From: Vitrella brassicaformis CCMP3155
Lineage: Eukaryota > Protista > Chromerida
Assembly: GCA_001179505.1 (NCBI GenBank)
Contig: CDMY01000387.1
Coordinates: 1-64,000, forward strand
DNA: 64,000 nt
Reading direction: 5' to 3'
Each line of letters starts with the position of its first letter. Positions within the stretch are counted from its first letter, which is position 1. Position numbers and translations under genes: made by a program. The notes under the pieces were generated by a model. That model saw only the letters and a program-made list of their open reading frames with translations, did no database searches and was not told the DNA's origin. This document shows positions 12,608 to 24,738 of this stretch, piece after piece.

Positions 12608-14876
12608 TCACATGACCACCGCACGGGCGCGCAGGGACCGGCGCTCAGTGGGGCACGCCTCGAGCGCAGCGGGATCGAAGCTCGCCGGCAGCAGCACGCC
12701 CGAGATGACATGCACGATGCCGTTCTTGGCCTTCACGTCGGCTTTGATCACGGGGATGTCGTTGACCAGGACAGTCCCGTTCTCAACCTTGACATTAACG
12801 TCCTCTTCGAGGGCAGTGGTGGCAGCCAGGGGAGCGGCATCGATGATGCTCTTCGAGTCGATGGCCTTGCCAGCCACCACGTGAAAGAGGAGGATGTTCT
12901 TCAGGATGGCCACGTTGGCAGGAGTGCACAGCAGCTGGTCCAGCACACCCGCGGGCAGAGCGGCGAACGCCTGCAACGTGCAACGAACGAAGACAGCGGA
13001 GAAACGATGTTGTAACGGCCGCCATGCTCGCCTTTGCAGGTTAATTGTCTCACCTCATTGGTAGGTGCGAAGACGGTGAACGGACCCTCACTCTTGAGTG
13101 TCTCGACGAGCTCAGCGGCCTTGACGGCGGCGACGAGAGTGCTCAAGGCCTCGGTGGCCATGGCTGTCTCAACGATGTCCTTCTTGGGCTCGCCTGCCAC
13201 ACCACCAGTCTTGCCCGGATACTTGGGGCCAAGGCGGCGCTGCACACACAAAGGGACACCGAAGACAGACAGATGAGACAATCCCTCCTTCATCGACCCT
13301 TGGCCTCTTCTTCGCATGCTCACCCTGAGCTCGGGCGGGATGAGCACGTTGTTGATGATGTGGACGATACCGTTGGACGCCTTGACGTCGGGCGTCACCA
13401 CGCGCGCCTGTCCGTTTAGCAGCAAATTGGCGCCCTCGGCGCTGGCCGTCACGTTCTGGCCCTCGACAGTGCTGGCGGTGATGCTGCCCTCAGTGGCGCT
13501 CTCGATCTGCGCGGCGATGGCCTCGGAGGGCAGCTCGGCTGGCACCACGTGGTAGGTCAGGATCTTGGTCAGCACCTCAGTGTCGGCCACGATCTCATCG
13601 ATGCCCTCAACAGCAGCGAACGCCTGCACAACCACACACAGCACACGCAGGACATGACGATGGATCGCTACGTGAGCAAACTGCATGGTGGACTGACCTC
13701 GTTGGTGGGTGCGAAGACGGTGAAGGGGCCATCGCCCTTGAGGGTGTCGACAAGGTTGGCGGCCTGGAGGGCAGTGACGAGGGTGCTCAGATTCTCGGTG
13801 CCGGTGGCAATCTCGACGATGTCCTGCTCGGCCTCGGCAGCTGGCGCATCAGCAGCAGGGGCGGAAGGGGGAAGGTCAGCACCGACGGAGCCCTCTTGTG
13901 CTGGAGCCGGCGCAGCGGCACCACCGGATGACATCGAGGGGGCAGACATCGCAGCCGTGGAGGTGCCATAACAGCTGGACCCGGCCTGGAGCTTCTGCAG
14001 TACACAAACACCAAACACATCAGGACGGCATCCTTCCAACCACGTTCCGATGCATCAGTGTGACGATCATCATCCTTACGCGGCGCGTCTCAGGCGGCAG
14101 GAGGACCGTGTCGATGACGTGCACGATGCCGTTGGAGGCCTCCACATCGGGGATCACGACCTTCGCCTCGTTGATGGCGATGGCTTCGCCCTCCAGAGTC
14201 GCCGTCACGTTGGCGCCCTGCACTGTCGCCGCGCTAATGCCCTCGCCCTCGGGGGCACTCTGGAGAGAGGTCAGGAGGTCGGATGAGGGAATGGCGCTGG
14301 GGATGACGTGGTAGGTGAGGATGGCGGTGAGCGTCTCAGTGTTGTTCAGGATCTCATCCAAACCCTCCACGGCAGCGAATGCCTGCGGACACAGAGACAT
14401 GACACGAGTGGACGGGCGTCGAGACGTTCAGTCAGTGGACAGGGGAGTGTGTGTCTCACCTCGTTGGTGGGAGCGAAGACAGTGAAGGGACCCTCGCCCT
14501 TGAGAGTGTCCACCAGACCGGCGGCCTGAACGGCTGTCACAAGGGTGCTCAGTTCCTGCAGACATACACCAGAGCACAGGCGGGGAGCGACGCATGCCCC
14601 CCCACGATCACATGCAGTGGTCTATGTACCGGGGTGGCCATGGCAGTCTCAACGATGTCCTTCTCGGCCGCTGCGACACCTGAGAGAACGGCAGACACAC
14701 AGATCTCGCATCATCCCTCCTTCCGGCATGAAGCGACGCATGTATCACCCACCTGCAGGTGCGTCGGCTGCCTCGGATGCGGGAGCTGCGGCGGCTTCGT
14801 TTGCCGCACCCATATCTCCGGCGCCATTGACCAGACCGACAGCGAGGAGAGCGAGTGCAAGAGTCTTGAACACCAT
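12608..14876 (-). CDS. Secreted fasciclin protein with three FAS1 domains
   Basis: Signal peptide [19 protein letters not shown], then three repeats of DIVE.A...[26 protein letters not shown]...YHV...NGIVH.I..VL.P. Confidence 0.92.
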
Positions 14877-15045
14877 CGTTGATGCGTGTGACAGATGCGT
14901 GTGACAGATCTAAGGGTCGAAAAAGCGTGTCGTGCCGGGGGAATGCAGCAGACGTGAGGGAAGGACTGGAGAGATGGAAATAGAGCCGTTAGATGGACTC
15001 TGACCAGCACTGATTCTAAGCTCGCAGAGTGTCTTAGGGTTTGGG

Positions 15046-15076
15046 TTTCAAGGGTTTGGGTTTCAAACCCTTGAAA
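15046..15076. repeat. Perfect 13-bp inverted repeat (5-nt loop) overlapping a 15-bp direct repeat of telomere-like GGGTTT sequence
   Basis: TTTCAAGGGTTTG-GGTTT-CAAACCCTTGAAA. AGGGTTTGGGTTTCA occurs twice, at 15036-15050 and 15051-15065. Confidence 0.85.
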
Positions 15077-15098
15077 GGACGTCAATACCAGCACGTCC

Positions 15099-16787
15099 CT
15101 AGCCAGTTTGCCCTGTCCTCTCCGTCTCCCTCCTCTCAACAATCATCTTGACAGCCGCATGCACGTCGTGGGACACTATGTGTGCCGGGTCATCGGGATC
15201 GTTATCCTCGCCGCTGAACACACCCGTCCTCACCAGCACTGACGTCCACGGCAGCCCGGCACGATTTGCACCTCTCACGTCGGCTCTGACGGCATTGATG
15301 AAACAGACAAACAAACCAACCATCAGGCACATCTTTGCCCGTTTAAGTGCGTGTATGCGTCGGCTGGTTGCTTTACTTGGGGTTGTCTCCGATGGCATAG
15401 ATGCGGTCGAAGGTGACATTGTCAGCGGCTGGCAGCGACCGAATGCGCCGTACCTCTGCCTCCAGGATGCGCGTGGCGTACCTGTACACCACTGCATTCG
15501 GCTTGCTGATACATATGAAACGACCCACCACGAATGAGAGCATACGTGCAGCTTGCGTCTATCTGCACCCGGCAGGCCAGCTCACCCATAGTATGTGACG
15601 GGCAGCGGCCGGCCGTGCAGCTTCTCGAATAAGTGCTCAAGCGCTGTAGTGAATGCACCCTGCCCAAACCTACCTGACACACACCAACTCATGGCATGGC
15701 GACGGATGGGGTGACTATTTGACTGGCTGGCTCGCCAGTACCTGGGCGTGTGGTGTGCCGCAGAATAGAGAAAGTCGGGGTTGGAGGCGTACAGATGAGG
15801 GCTGTGCTCCTCGCCGGCCGCCAGCGAGCCAGACAGAATGTCGCACAACACCTGTGCTTCCAGCGCCCAATCCTGGGGGTCATGCAGGATCACCACAGCC
15901 TCCGGCAGCGGCCTGAACAGACGAAAAGAGGCAAAGCCGACCGCGTCCATGCACCATCACCCGTCCGTGGCTCACCCCTTCGGTCTCGTCTCCACTTTGC
16001 GGTAGGGATAAAGGTTAGGCCACTCCTGCTTATACACACACAACCCACATGCAGCCACACTTCGGTGGCTGCTGCAGTCAGATTTCTGATCTCTTGTCCG
16101 ACCGCACCTGCAGGAAGTCCTGCGGTGTGATGATGTCGCTAAAGCCACACGATTTGGCGACGTCGAGAAAGCGCTTGGATCCCACCACCATGACCCGACG
16201 GTCTGTGTAGCGCTGCGCCACTTCCCTCATCGGCGTGTGGCTCATCTGGACCTGACCGACACCCAGACAGACACCTGCATCGATGCATCCACCCACCGAT
16301 CCTATCTGCCTCTATCTATCATACCTACCTGATCAGGCGAGACCTCTGTGTCCAGGAGTGTCGTCAGCTCCTCTGCCTTGTTGCTCTCCGTAATGCCGCC
16401 GCCGTTGGTCAAGAAGGTGAAAGGCAGGTCCCCATCTCTCAGCAGCTTCAGGGCCTCCTTGGCCCCCTGCAGCGCTTTCTTGCCTCTCACAAGCACGCCA
16501 TCGATGTCGAACTGAATGCATGCACACACACAGAACAGAATCACACTGCGCCAGATGAAGATCTGGGCGTGCCTTCACTCACCACGACAGCTGCCTTTTC
16601 TCGATGCGTCGATGGTGCGTCACGGCTTGCTGCTGTAGTGGAGAGATGCCGCCGATGCAGCGATGCGCTGCATACCAGGCCTCTCCTCACGCCTGAAGCA
16701 GGCACGAACCGAGAGAAACGCTTTCAAATTGGTTCTTTCTTTCGCCTTTGTCCTTCTCTGCTGTTGCTCACCTTGGACGCTGCGCAT
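15099..16787 (-). CDS. HDHD5: HAD-superfamily subfamily IIA hydrolase (CECR5/HDHD5-like), probably mitochondrial
   Basis: Spliced leader peptide MRSVQGVRRGLVCSASLHRRHLSTTAAS (presequence-like). Motifs FDIDGVL, FLTNGGG, ASNPDF..., GQGAF, YYGKP, IGDNPKSDVRGAN, SVLVRTGVF. Confidence 0.88.
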
Positions 16788-16952
16788 CAAAGAGCTCTCG
16801 TCTTCCTTTTCTCGCCGCCACTTGCGAGCTACGGATCGGGATATTGCAGATCTGATGAGGCAACACCTTAGTTAAGGAGCCAATGTGTAGCTGCTGCAGC
16901 CAGGGAGGTCACTGATCACAGATCTGCTTCAATCCTCTCCTGTCGTCTGGCA

Positions 16953-19900
16953 ATGAGGTCATCGATGCGGCAGTCAGTCGCACCATCGAGGAGGACCGAT
17001 GACGGCACTGCAGCAGCAAGATCCCGGCCTCTCTCAGCCTTTTCCACTCATCCACCCACTTCAACAAGGACGGCTCTTCTGTCGGTGCTGCTATTCGCCA
17101 CCTCGGCATCTGCATTCCGCCCTCTCCCCAGCCCCTCCATACGCCCTCTATCGCCGCCTCATCTGAGATCAGCATCAGCTCTCCGGGCGGCCGTGGCATC
17201 TCCCGAGCGGAAAACTGTTGTCACACAGAAGCAGCCGGCGAGCAGCCAGCCAGCTAAGGCTGAGCTGAGGAAGGCGTGTCGTCAGGTGGTCGAGCAGCAC
17301 AAGGATGGGGCTTTCTTTGAGGCCAAGGTGCGCATGGTGACGGAGTTTGGTGCGTGGTTGGATTGTGGCGCCGGCATGCCTGGGTTCCTGCACGTCCACG
17401 AGATGGCCTATGGGTTTGAGGCAGAGATGGGCGAGAAGGTGAAGCCTGGCGACACTCTCAAGGTGCGACTCATGGACGTCATCGAAACAGGTACATAAAA
17501 CCACAGAGAGAGACAGCGCCATGCACTGAGTATGATGGGTGGGTTGTTTCTCTTGTCTATCCCTGTCCGTCAAGAGTCCCGCATTTTGCTGACTATGCTG
17601 CCGTCGGCTGATCCGGAGCCGCTGCTGCAGCCACTGCTGGAGTCGGTCCCACCTGACATGTTCTTCAACGGCACTGTCGTGGCCACCACAGACTCTGGCG
17701 CCTTCATCAAACTGACCCTTCCACCACCACCACCGCTGAAGGCGGACGATGCCACTATGGCTGCTGACGCTGGACCCACGCCGCCCCCTCTCCCCGATAA
17801 GCCGATTGACATCGTTGGCTTTGCTCAGTACGGCGATCTGACCGGCTTGCAGCTGCAGCCAAAGGGAGAGCAGGGTGACAAGACTGATGACGTGATTGTG
17901 GCCATCGATGAGGCGGGGACAGCTCACAAGGGGCAGAGCGGTGGGCCGCTGAGGCTGGCTGATGTGGGAGAGGCCTATTCTGTGGGCCAGGAGGTGTCTG
18001 TGCGGGTCAAGTACGTGGAGCCGCGGCGGCGAGTGTACCTGTCGTGCTACCCTCCCATGTATGACGCCACCTTTGATCCCGTGCTGAGCGGGCAGGTGTT
18101 GCTGCAGCGGGCCAACGCCATGGGGGGCGGTGGCGGGGGTAAGGTGAAGGAGCGGCCCTTCATTATCGCGTCACCCTTCCGCAGCGACACCATGGTCATC
18201 AAGGCACCGACGGCTCTCAACCAGGCCGCCAAGCTCGACAAGGAAACCCTCGTGGGTTTCCTAAAGCTGGTCAGTCTAGTGAGTGGACACACACACACAC
18301 ACACACGCACAGGCAAAGGTGACCACCCAGATGTGTGTGTGTGGATGCAGAGGCTTCCGTACTTTTTGCAAGTCCGCTACGGCCTGACTCAGGACCCCTT
18401 TGACGTCCAGCGTTGGCCATCATACCCCACCCTCCTCTCCGCCTTCCAGCACTGGACGCACGTGCAGTCCACCGCCGCTTCCGCACTATCGAGCCCCCAG
18501 CAGCCCACAGGAGGCACGCCGACCACCATGGCGTCCATTGTGAGCCCTGCTGAGGGGGGCTCCACGGCTCCGGTGGACCTGTCTCGCGCCCGTCCTCCGT
18601 TGCCGCAGTACATGCCGTCCATCATCGTGGGCAGTGGGCGGATGGCGCAGGCGTTGCGCAAGTGGGGTCGTGAGGGTCGTTATGTCGACGAGAACTACTC
18701 GATCCACGGTGTGGATGTGACGGTGCCGATGGAGACCTACCAGGACGCGTCAAGGAAGGGCCTCCACCCCGCCAATGCGCTGCAGGCCGGACAGGGACCC
18801 ATCTACGTACGTAGACCAACCATTCAGCTAGGAAAGGGGACACACTGACAGACAGACACATTGATTGAACGCTGTGCTGTGGATAGGTCTGCGTGACTCC
18901 CGACGATGTGGAGAAGGTCATCCTCGCCACACCGCCACACAGGAGGCAAGACCTGGTCAGTCGGAATCACCTCGCTCATCCACACACACCACACCCCCCG
19001 GTATAGATCTGATTGTGTTGATGTGCCTGCCCATGTGCCAGGTGTTCACGCAGATCGGTATGATCTACCCTTTGCTGGAGAAGTACGGCCTGCAGGACGC
19101 CACGCAGTTGTTGCCGTACGTCATTCTCGGCCGACACGGAGAGATCGCACTCGACGTCACCACCGAACTCAACCCTGGTCAGACAGACATTGTGGACGTG
19201 CAGCTCACAGGAGCCGATGAATGCATTCACTTGACGTATCGACGTGTGCTGTGTGTGTCAGATGGCATCACGTTGGTGACTGGCAAGTGGGCTGAGAAGT
19301 TCTGCGAGCGCCTCAACGTCGGCGGCATGTACTGCAGGGTACCTACCTACACAGGCAGCTAGCTGTCAATGCGTCTTTCGTCCATGGGCCAATGCAATGC
19401 ATCTGTCTGTCTGTCTGCCTGCCTGTCTGCAGGTGACGGATCGCGGCGAGTACATGGAGCGGATGGTCGAGAACGTCGTCTGGCTCAGCTCAATCATACC
19501 CGTAGGCCCATCCCATCGAGAGCCATAACCCACCCATCTGGATGGATGTTGGTCTATCTCTCTGTGTTTCGTTTCGGCCCCATAGGTTGGTGTGAAGCAT
19601 GGCGGCATCACCGTCGGCGAGGTCATCGCAGAACACCAACGTATGTGTGTGAATCAAACACCCACGCAAGGCGCCTTCGCACAGCACACCTGTCGTCTGC
19701 CCGTATTGCATGTCTGATCTGCCTGCAGTGGAGGTGGAGGATCTGATGGAAGAGCTCATGGCCGGCGCCAAGACCGCTCTCAACGTCAGAAATGACGCCA
19801 GGTGGAAGGAGAGGCTATTCGACTACGCCAGGGCGGTGGCTGCGTTCCCGACGACGTTTCAAGAGTTTGAGTATCGCAATGGCTGGTTTTGGGGCATGTC

Positions 19901-21121
19901 AAGGACGGCAATCAAGAGAGGCGAGGCCGACCCGCTGCCGCAACACACCAAACTCATGCTGGTGAGTGACTTACTTACATGCCACAACCCCACTCACAAG
20001 GGCATCTCCTTCTCTCTCGCCATAAGGATTTGGGAATCCCTGAGGTCCTCAAGGAGATCGAAGCCATGGAAACGGTCAGTCAGGAAGCACCAACGCCCAC
20101 ACACACATTGACCAGACTAATCCACCCTTGCCGCTTCCCTCCCTCATTGTCTGCAGGCCGATGCCGACAGCAGCAGCGCTGTCCCCGCCACTGATGCGTC
20201 TGACGAGGAGGGGCAAATATATGAAGACGAGGGCCCTGAGGTGTGGGAGCGGCCACGAGTGGCTCCCAAGCCAGGGATCACGCCACCAGAGGAGACGAAA
20301 TACGTCGTCAGGCCCACACTTCCACCAGAGGAGCGACAGAGGAGGCGGGAGGAGGCACGGTACGCACGCAACGCACGATGGTCCTTTGGCTATTGTTGAA
20401 TCTATTCGATGCATCCTCTTTTCCATGCAGTCGCGCGGCCGCTACTGCTCGTGAGGAGGAGGAGGCTCTTCAGGCATTCTACGCCGAGCTGACGGCCGAG
20501 CTTCAAAGGCAGAGTGACGGCGATGCGAGTGAAGACGAGCTGCTGTGGAGAAAACAAGCTCTCGAACTGCTGAGAAACGCACGAATCACGACGGTAGGTA
20601 CGCAGACAGACAGAGCGGGAGAAGAGAAATGTCCACACACACGGCTCCCCCCTTCATCTATGCGCCATGCGTGTGGTGTGGCTTCCCATTCATTCATCAT
20701 CACATCAGGGCGATGACGTTGAGCTGTCGTCTCCCGGTTCTCTCCCCCGCGGCATAGCCGACGACCCCTCACGGCCGGCAGGGGATGCGCCCGGCCCCGG
20801 TAAGGGCCAGTCGCGTCCGTTGCGTGACATGGAGGTGACAGTCGAGGAGGAGAGGCGGCGGGAGGAGAGACGCGAGCTGCGGAGGGAGGTGGAGAAGGAC
20901 AAGGACATGGTCCCCACATTCAACTTCGCGCCCGCAGACTACATCTCGGAGGAACAGGTATGTATGCAGCATTGTGCATGGTCATGGGCTGACTGACCGA
21001 TGTGTCTGTGTGCGTGGGTGTGTGGGTGCAGTTGCGGTTTTGGCAGCGGCAGATGCAGGCGAGGTCTGGGATGCCGCGACCGCCGCCTGCAAAAGCAGCG
21101 GCGGCACAGCCAGACAGCTGA
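16953..21121 (+). CDS. Plastid-targeted fusion protein: signal peptide + ASA-F transit peptide, two S1 RNA-binding domains, At1g16080-like Rossmann-fold domain, acidic/coiled-coil tail
   Basis: Removing intron 16973-17068 gives MRSSMRQTALLSVLLFATSASA-FRPLPSP. S1 motifs EAKVRMVTEFGAWLDCG...GFLHVHEM...KVKPGDTLKVRLMDV and FNGTVVATTDSGAFIKL...SVGQEVSVRVKYV. Then IIVGSGRMAQAL...GPIYVC...DLVFTQIGM...NPDGITLVTGKWAE...FPTTFQEFEYRNGWFW...DPLPQHT. Confidence 0.8.
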
Positions 21122-21799
21122 GTGAGCTAGGGGGTCGGTCATATGTGCCTGAATGCCAGCACTGATCGAGGCAATGTGTCTGTATTTGTGGGATGGCGAG
21201 CTGTGCAAACGGTTTGATGGATGGACGGACCGTGGCTTTGGTACTGCGTGCGTCACTTGTGGCTGTCCAGAAATGCATGGACACGGCCGGCCGGCCATTG
21301 CGAGAGGTGCAAACCGATGAAGCTGTGCCTGGGGGATTGGTCCGACCCTCACGACACAGACAAGCATTGCAGGCATGTCAGCCAAAGGGGCGTTGTCAGC
21401 CATGAATCAGTCGGCAGCTACTTAAGTCAATCCCCGCCAGCCAGTCACACACACCTACACACACGCGCGCACGCAATTCACTGACTGCACAAACCATCGA
21501 TGTCACCAGACTGGATTGAAGCCCCTCTCTCCCTCCTCATGTCTGTATGTCTGAGTGCTAAGTCCCTCTCTGCCCCCTCCCCGTCTGTCTGTCTGTCTGT
21601 CCGCTCACAACACACTCGCCGAAGATGATATCTATGTATGCCGCCCACTGCGGTGCCCACCCCTCTCCCTCTCCCTCCCGCATCTCTGCCATGTCCGCCA
21701 TCCATTCGCCATCCCCCTTGGCTCACTGGCCCGGCCCTCCGCCTCCCTGCTGCTGCTGGCTGCCGTGTGGGTGGCCTGCCGGCGGGAACGGCAACGCAC

Positions 21800-22809
21800 T
21801 CAAAGGCAGGGCAGATTCCCCACTGGCTGCTCGTGAGGCCACCGTGGCGGCTGTGTCGTCATCGGCACCACCGCCACCTGATGTGGATGGGGCGGTGAGG
21901 CAGCCACACTGCGATGGCCAGGAGGCGGATAGACGAACGCTGCCGGTGGCGGCGAGAAGGGTGGTGGGTAGGGATGCGGATAGGGGGGTGGGTATGCGGG
22001 CAACCGGGGTGCCAACTGGGGTGTCAAGGGGGCTGGGGCGACGTGTGGCGATGAGTGAGGAGCCAAACCATGAGAGCCGACAGGCGGCCCAACCTGACGG
22101 CTCATTATATTTGGGTGTCATCATGCTGGCTCATTATATTTGGGTGTGCTGTGCTTACGGGAGGGATGGATGCGTGTGTATGAGGGAGGCGGGTGACGTG
22201 ACGGCCCACTTGACTTGATGGTCCAGGCATATCTGCGGCCACGACAGGTGGCTGGATGTCGGTGTGCGAAGCACTCTCCGCCTGCACACAGTGACAAAGA
22301 GAGGTGTTGTGAGGACAGCAAACATCCCAAACACCACCTATCTTTGGGTACTGTACCTGCCGTCGCCCTGGCCCATCCCTGCCTGCCGTGGCAGCTATGG
22401 CTTCCTCCCTCGATAGCCCCATCTCTTCCTCTGCGTGCACAGGCAAGGACATGACATGGCATTGGTATGGCGACGCACAAGCGCGGGTGACTTGCTATAT
22501 GTTGCCCACCCAGAAGGGGATTGTAGCGGGGATAGCGTCCTGTGGGCCGGCTGGGCCGTCTGCCCATGACGGAAATGAACCAACCGGTCCTCGAGAACTG
22601 CACTCCACATGGACAGCGGGCAGACATGGCTTCAGTGCTGACTGTAAGACGTCATTGCTTCCATCTGTGTCCTCTCACCAGCCGCTCGTCTTGAGACTCT
22701 CCCTCCGCTCCTGACGCACTCGCACCTGCCCCGACGGCCTCGGAAGCACTAACAGCATGAGGTCCTCCCGATACGGCAGCCCCCGCGTTCGCCGCGTCAA
22801 CCAACACAT

Positions 22810-22840
<31 letters not shown>

Positions 22841-23391
22841 GGCCTCACGGCCCCGCTCTGTGTCGGTAGGCGGCTCCGCTGCTGGCTCGTAAGGTGGCTG
22901 AATGGACACATTCAGGCAGTGGACAGATACGTTGAACTATGGCGGACAGCCGTGGTGTGTTGGCCATACCTGACTTGACGAAGACGAAACAGCGCCACCA
23001 GCAGCAGCCGTTGCGCCAGTCGACGAAGCGCCATACAATGCCAAACGCACCTGCTGTCCTTCCGACACGTCAGACCCAGGATACCTCCCCTGCCGAATCA
23101 TCATCTGCAACTCCTCTGTATGCACACAGGCAGACGAACGGCAGGTTGGCTAAGAGATGACGATGTGTGTGGCTGCTATTGCCTACCATGAAGTGGGTCG
23201 TGCTGGTCTTCATCTACTTGGTGGCGGCGATGGTCCCTGGCAGGATCAGCAAGGGCCTGGCGAGTGGCCGCGTCAGCAGGAGCTGCAACAACAAACGACA
23301 CCAATGAGAGAGAGGCTCGGTGCGACCGAACCATTTAGAGCTCACCAGGTCCTGCGCTACGGTGGGTGCCGCTGCTGCTGTTGTTATCCAT
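21800..23391 (-). CDS. Hypothetical low-complexity Ala/Pro-rich protein, multi-exon
   Basis: An in-frame GT-AG splice path can be built from ATG 23391 (MDNNSSSGTHRSAG...) through EELQMMIRQGRYPG, PPYEPAAEPP and EEEMGLSREEAIAAT to a Pro-rich last exon. No known domain. Confidence 0.5.
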
Positions 23392-23574
23392 GAATCTCAG
23401 CAGTTTGCCGCCGAGCGACCGAGTCGGCTACAGTACGAGGGCATATCTTGCCAAAAAGGTCCAGAGTTTCCGCTTTCTGTGCGAGCTTTCTTTCAAGAAG
23501 GTCGCTGGCGCCAGCCCAGGGTCAAGCAACAGATTGACGGTTCCTTCCGCGCTTTCATCGCATTTCCGCGTTCC

Positions 23575-24707
23575 ATGAGCAAGATGGATGGACAGGTACG
23601 TGAGATGCCCCAATGCGGATGCTTGGATGATGCCAGCGCGTTTCTTGGGCTCTGACTCATCCAATCGACGGCTTCGCTGATGCAGGGCGGCGGGCGACAG
23701 GAGCTGCGTGATGTCTATGAGCAGCTGCGGTGGGTAAAGGCACAGCTGCCGAGTGAGGGAGGGAGTGCACATGGCTGCAGTGGTTCACGGGACGGAGGGA
23801 GGGACACGGGTGAGTGGATGGTTTGTTTGCAGCTGGCAGGGCACATCGACCGACTGGATGCTGTCCTCAACTTTTATCCCACTGTCTGGGTATGTATGTT
23901 TGTTTGTAAGAGTGCACTCACGGTACAGATCACCCGTCCTAGCACACTGTCATCTGTCTGTGTGTCAGCAACTCGATCCGCCGCCTCTTCCCTCGTTGCC
24001 TCTGCAGCTCAGGTGCGGTCTCACAGGCTTACGCTCCTCCCTCAAAGTCCTCCTCGACCACAATGAGTTGATAGCTAAGAAACTCACCGTCGACGAGGAG
24101 CGTCCACGGCTGGCTCATCCGCAATTGAACACGCTCCTGATGTATCTACCTGCACAGCACAGGAAAAACACTGACTGACACATGTCCAACCATCACCTTG
24201 GTCGTGTGTGCTTGGTGTATTGTGTGTGCAGCACGAGGTTGGAGAAGGCGCGCGATGAGCGTCTGAGGCTGGAGGGGGAGGTGGTGGGTCGGTGTGGCGG
24301 GTGGCCGATGGGCTCCTACGGCATCTACTGGCAGCGAGCATCGGCTCCAGATTCCGACTCACCAGCAGCAGCAGCAGCAGCAGTGGCAGCAGCGGAGAGC
24401 GGTGACAGTGGCAATGGCGATGTCGACCTCAGCTCTACAGAGGGCAAGGGCGAGGCTCAGCCCACGCCACCCATCCCCATCGCAGCTGCATCACCTCCAG
24501 ACCTCAAGTTCATCCAGGAAATCAGGAAACAGGTCAGCACATTGGCTGGCCCGTGGGCTGCCCTTTCCAGTCAATGCAATGTTTCTTGCTTCGTCAGATG
24601 TCCATGCAGCTGCTGCAGGCGGAGAGGCTGCTGGGCGACCCTCTTCGATTCATTGTAGGCAACACAGACACACACACACCAGCACACAGGAAGCTCATTC
24701 ATCGTCT

Positions 24708-24738
<31 letters not shown>

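Noticed and set aside
22099-22147. 20-bp direct repeat GGCTCATTATATTTGGGTGT with 29-bp period
   Set aside because: Only two copies in a probable intron; consistent with a simple local duplication, with no element between them.
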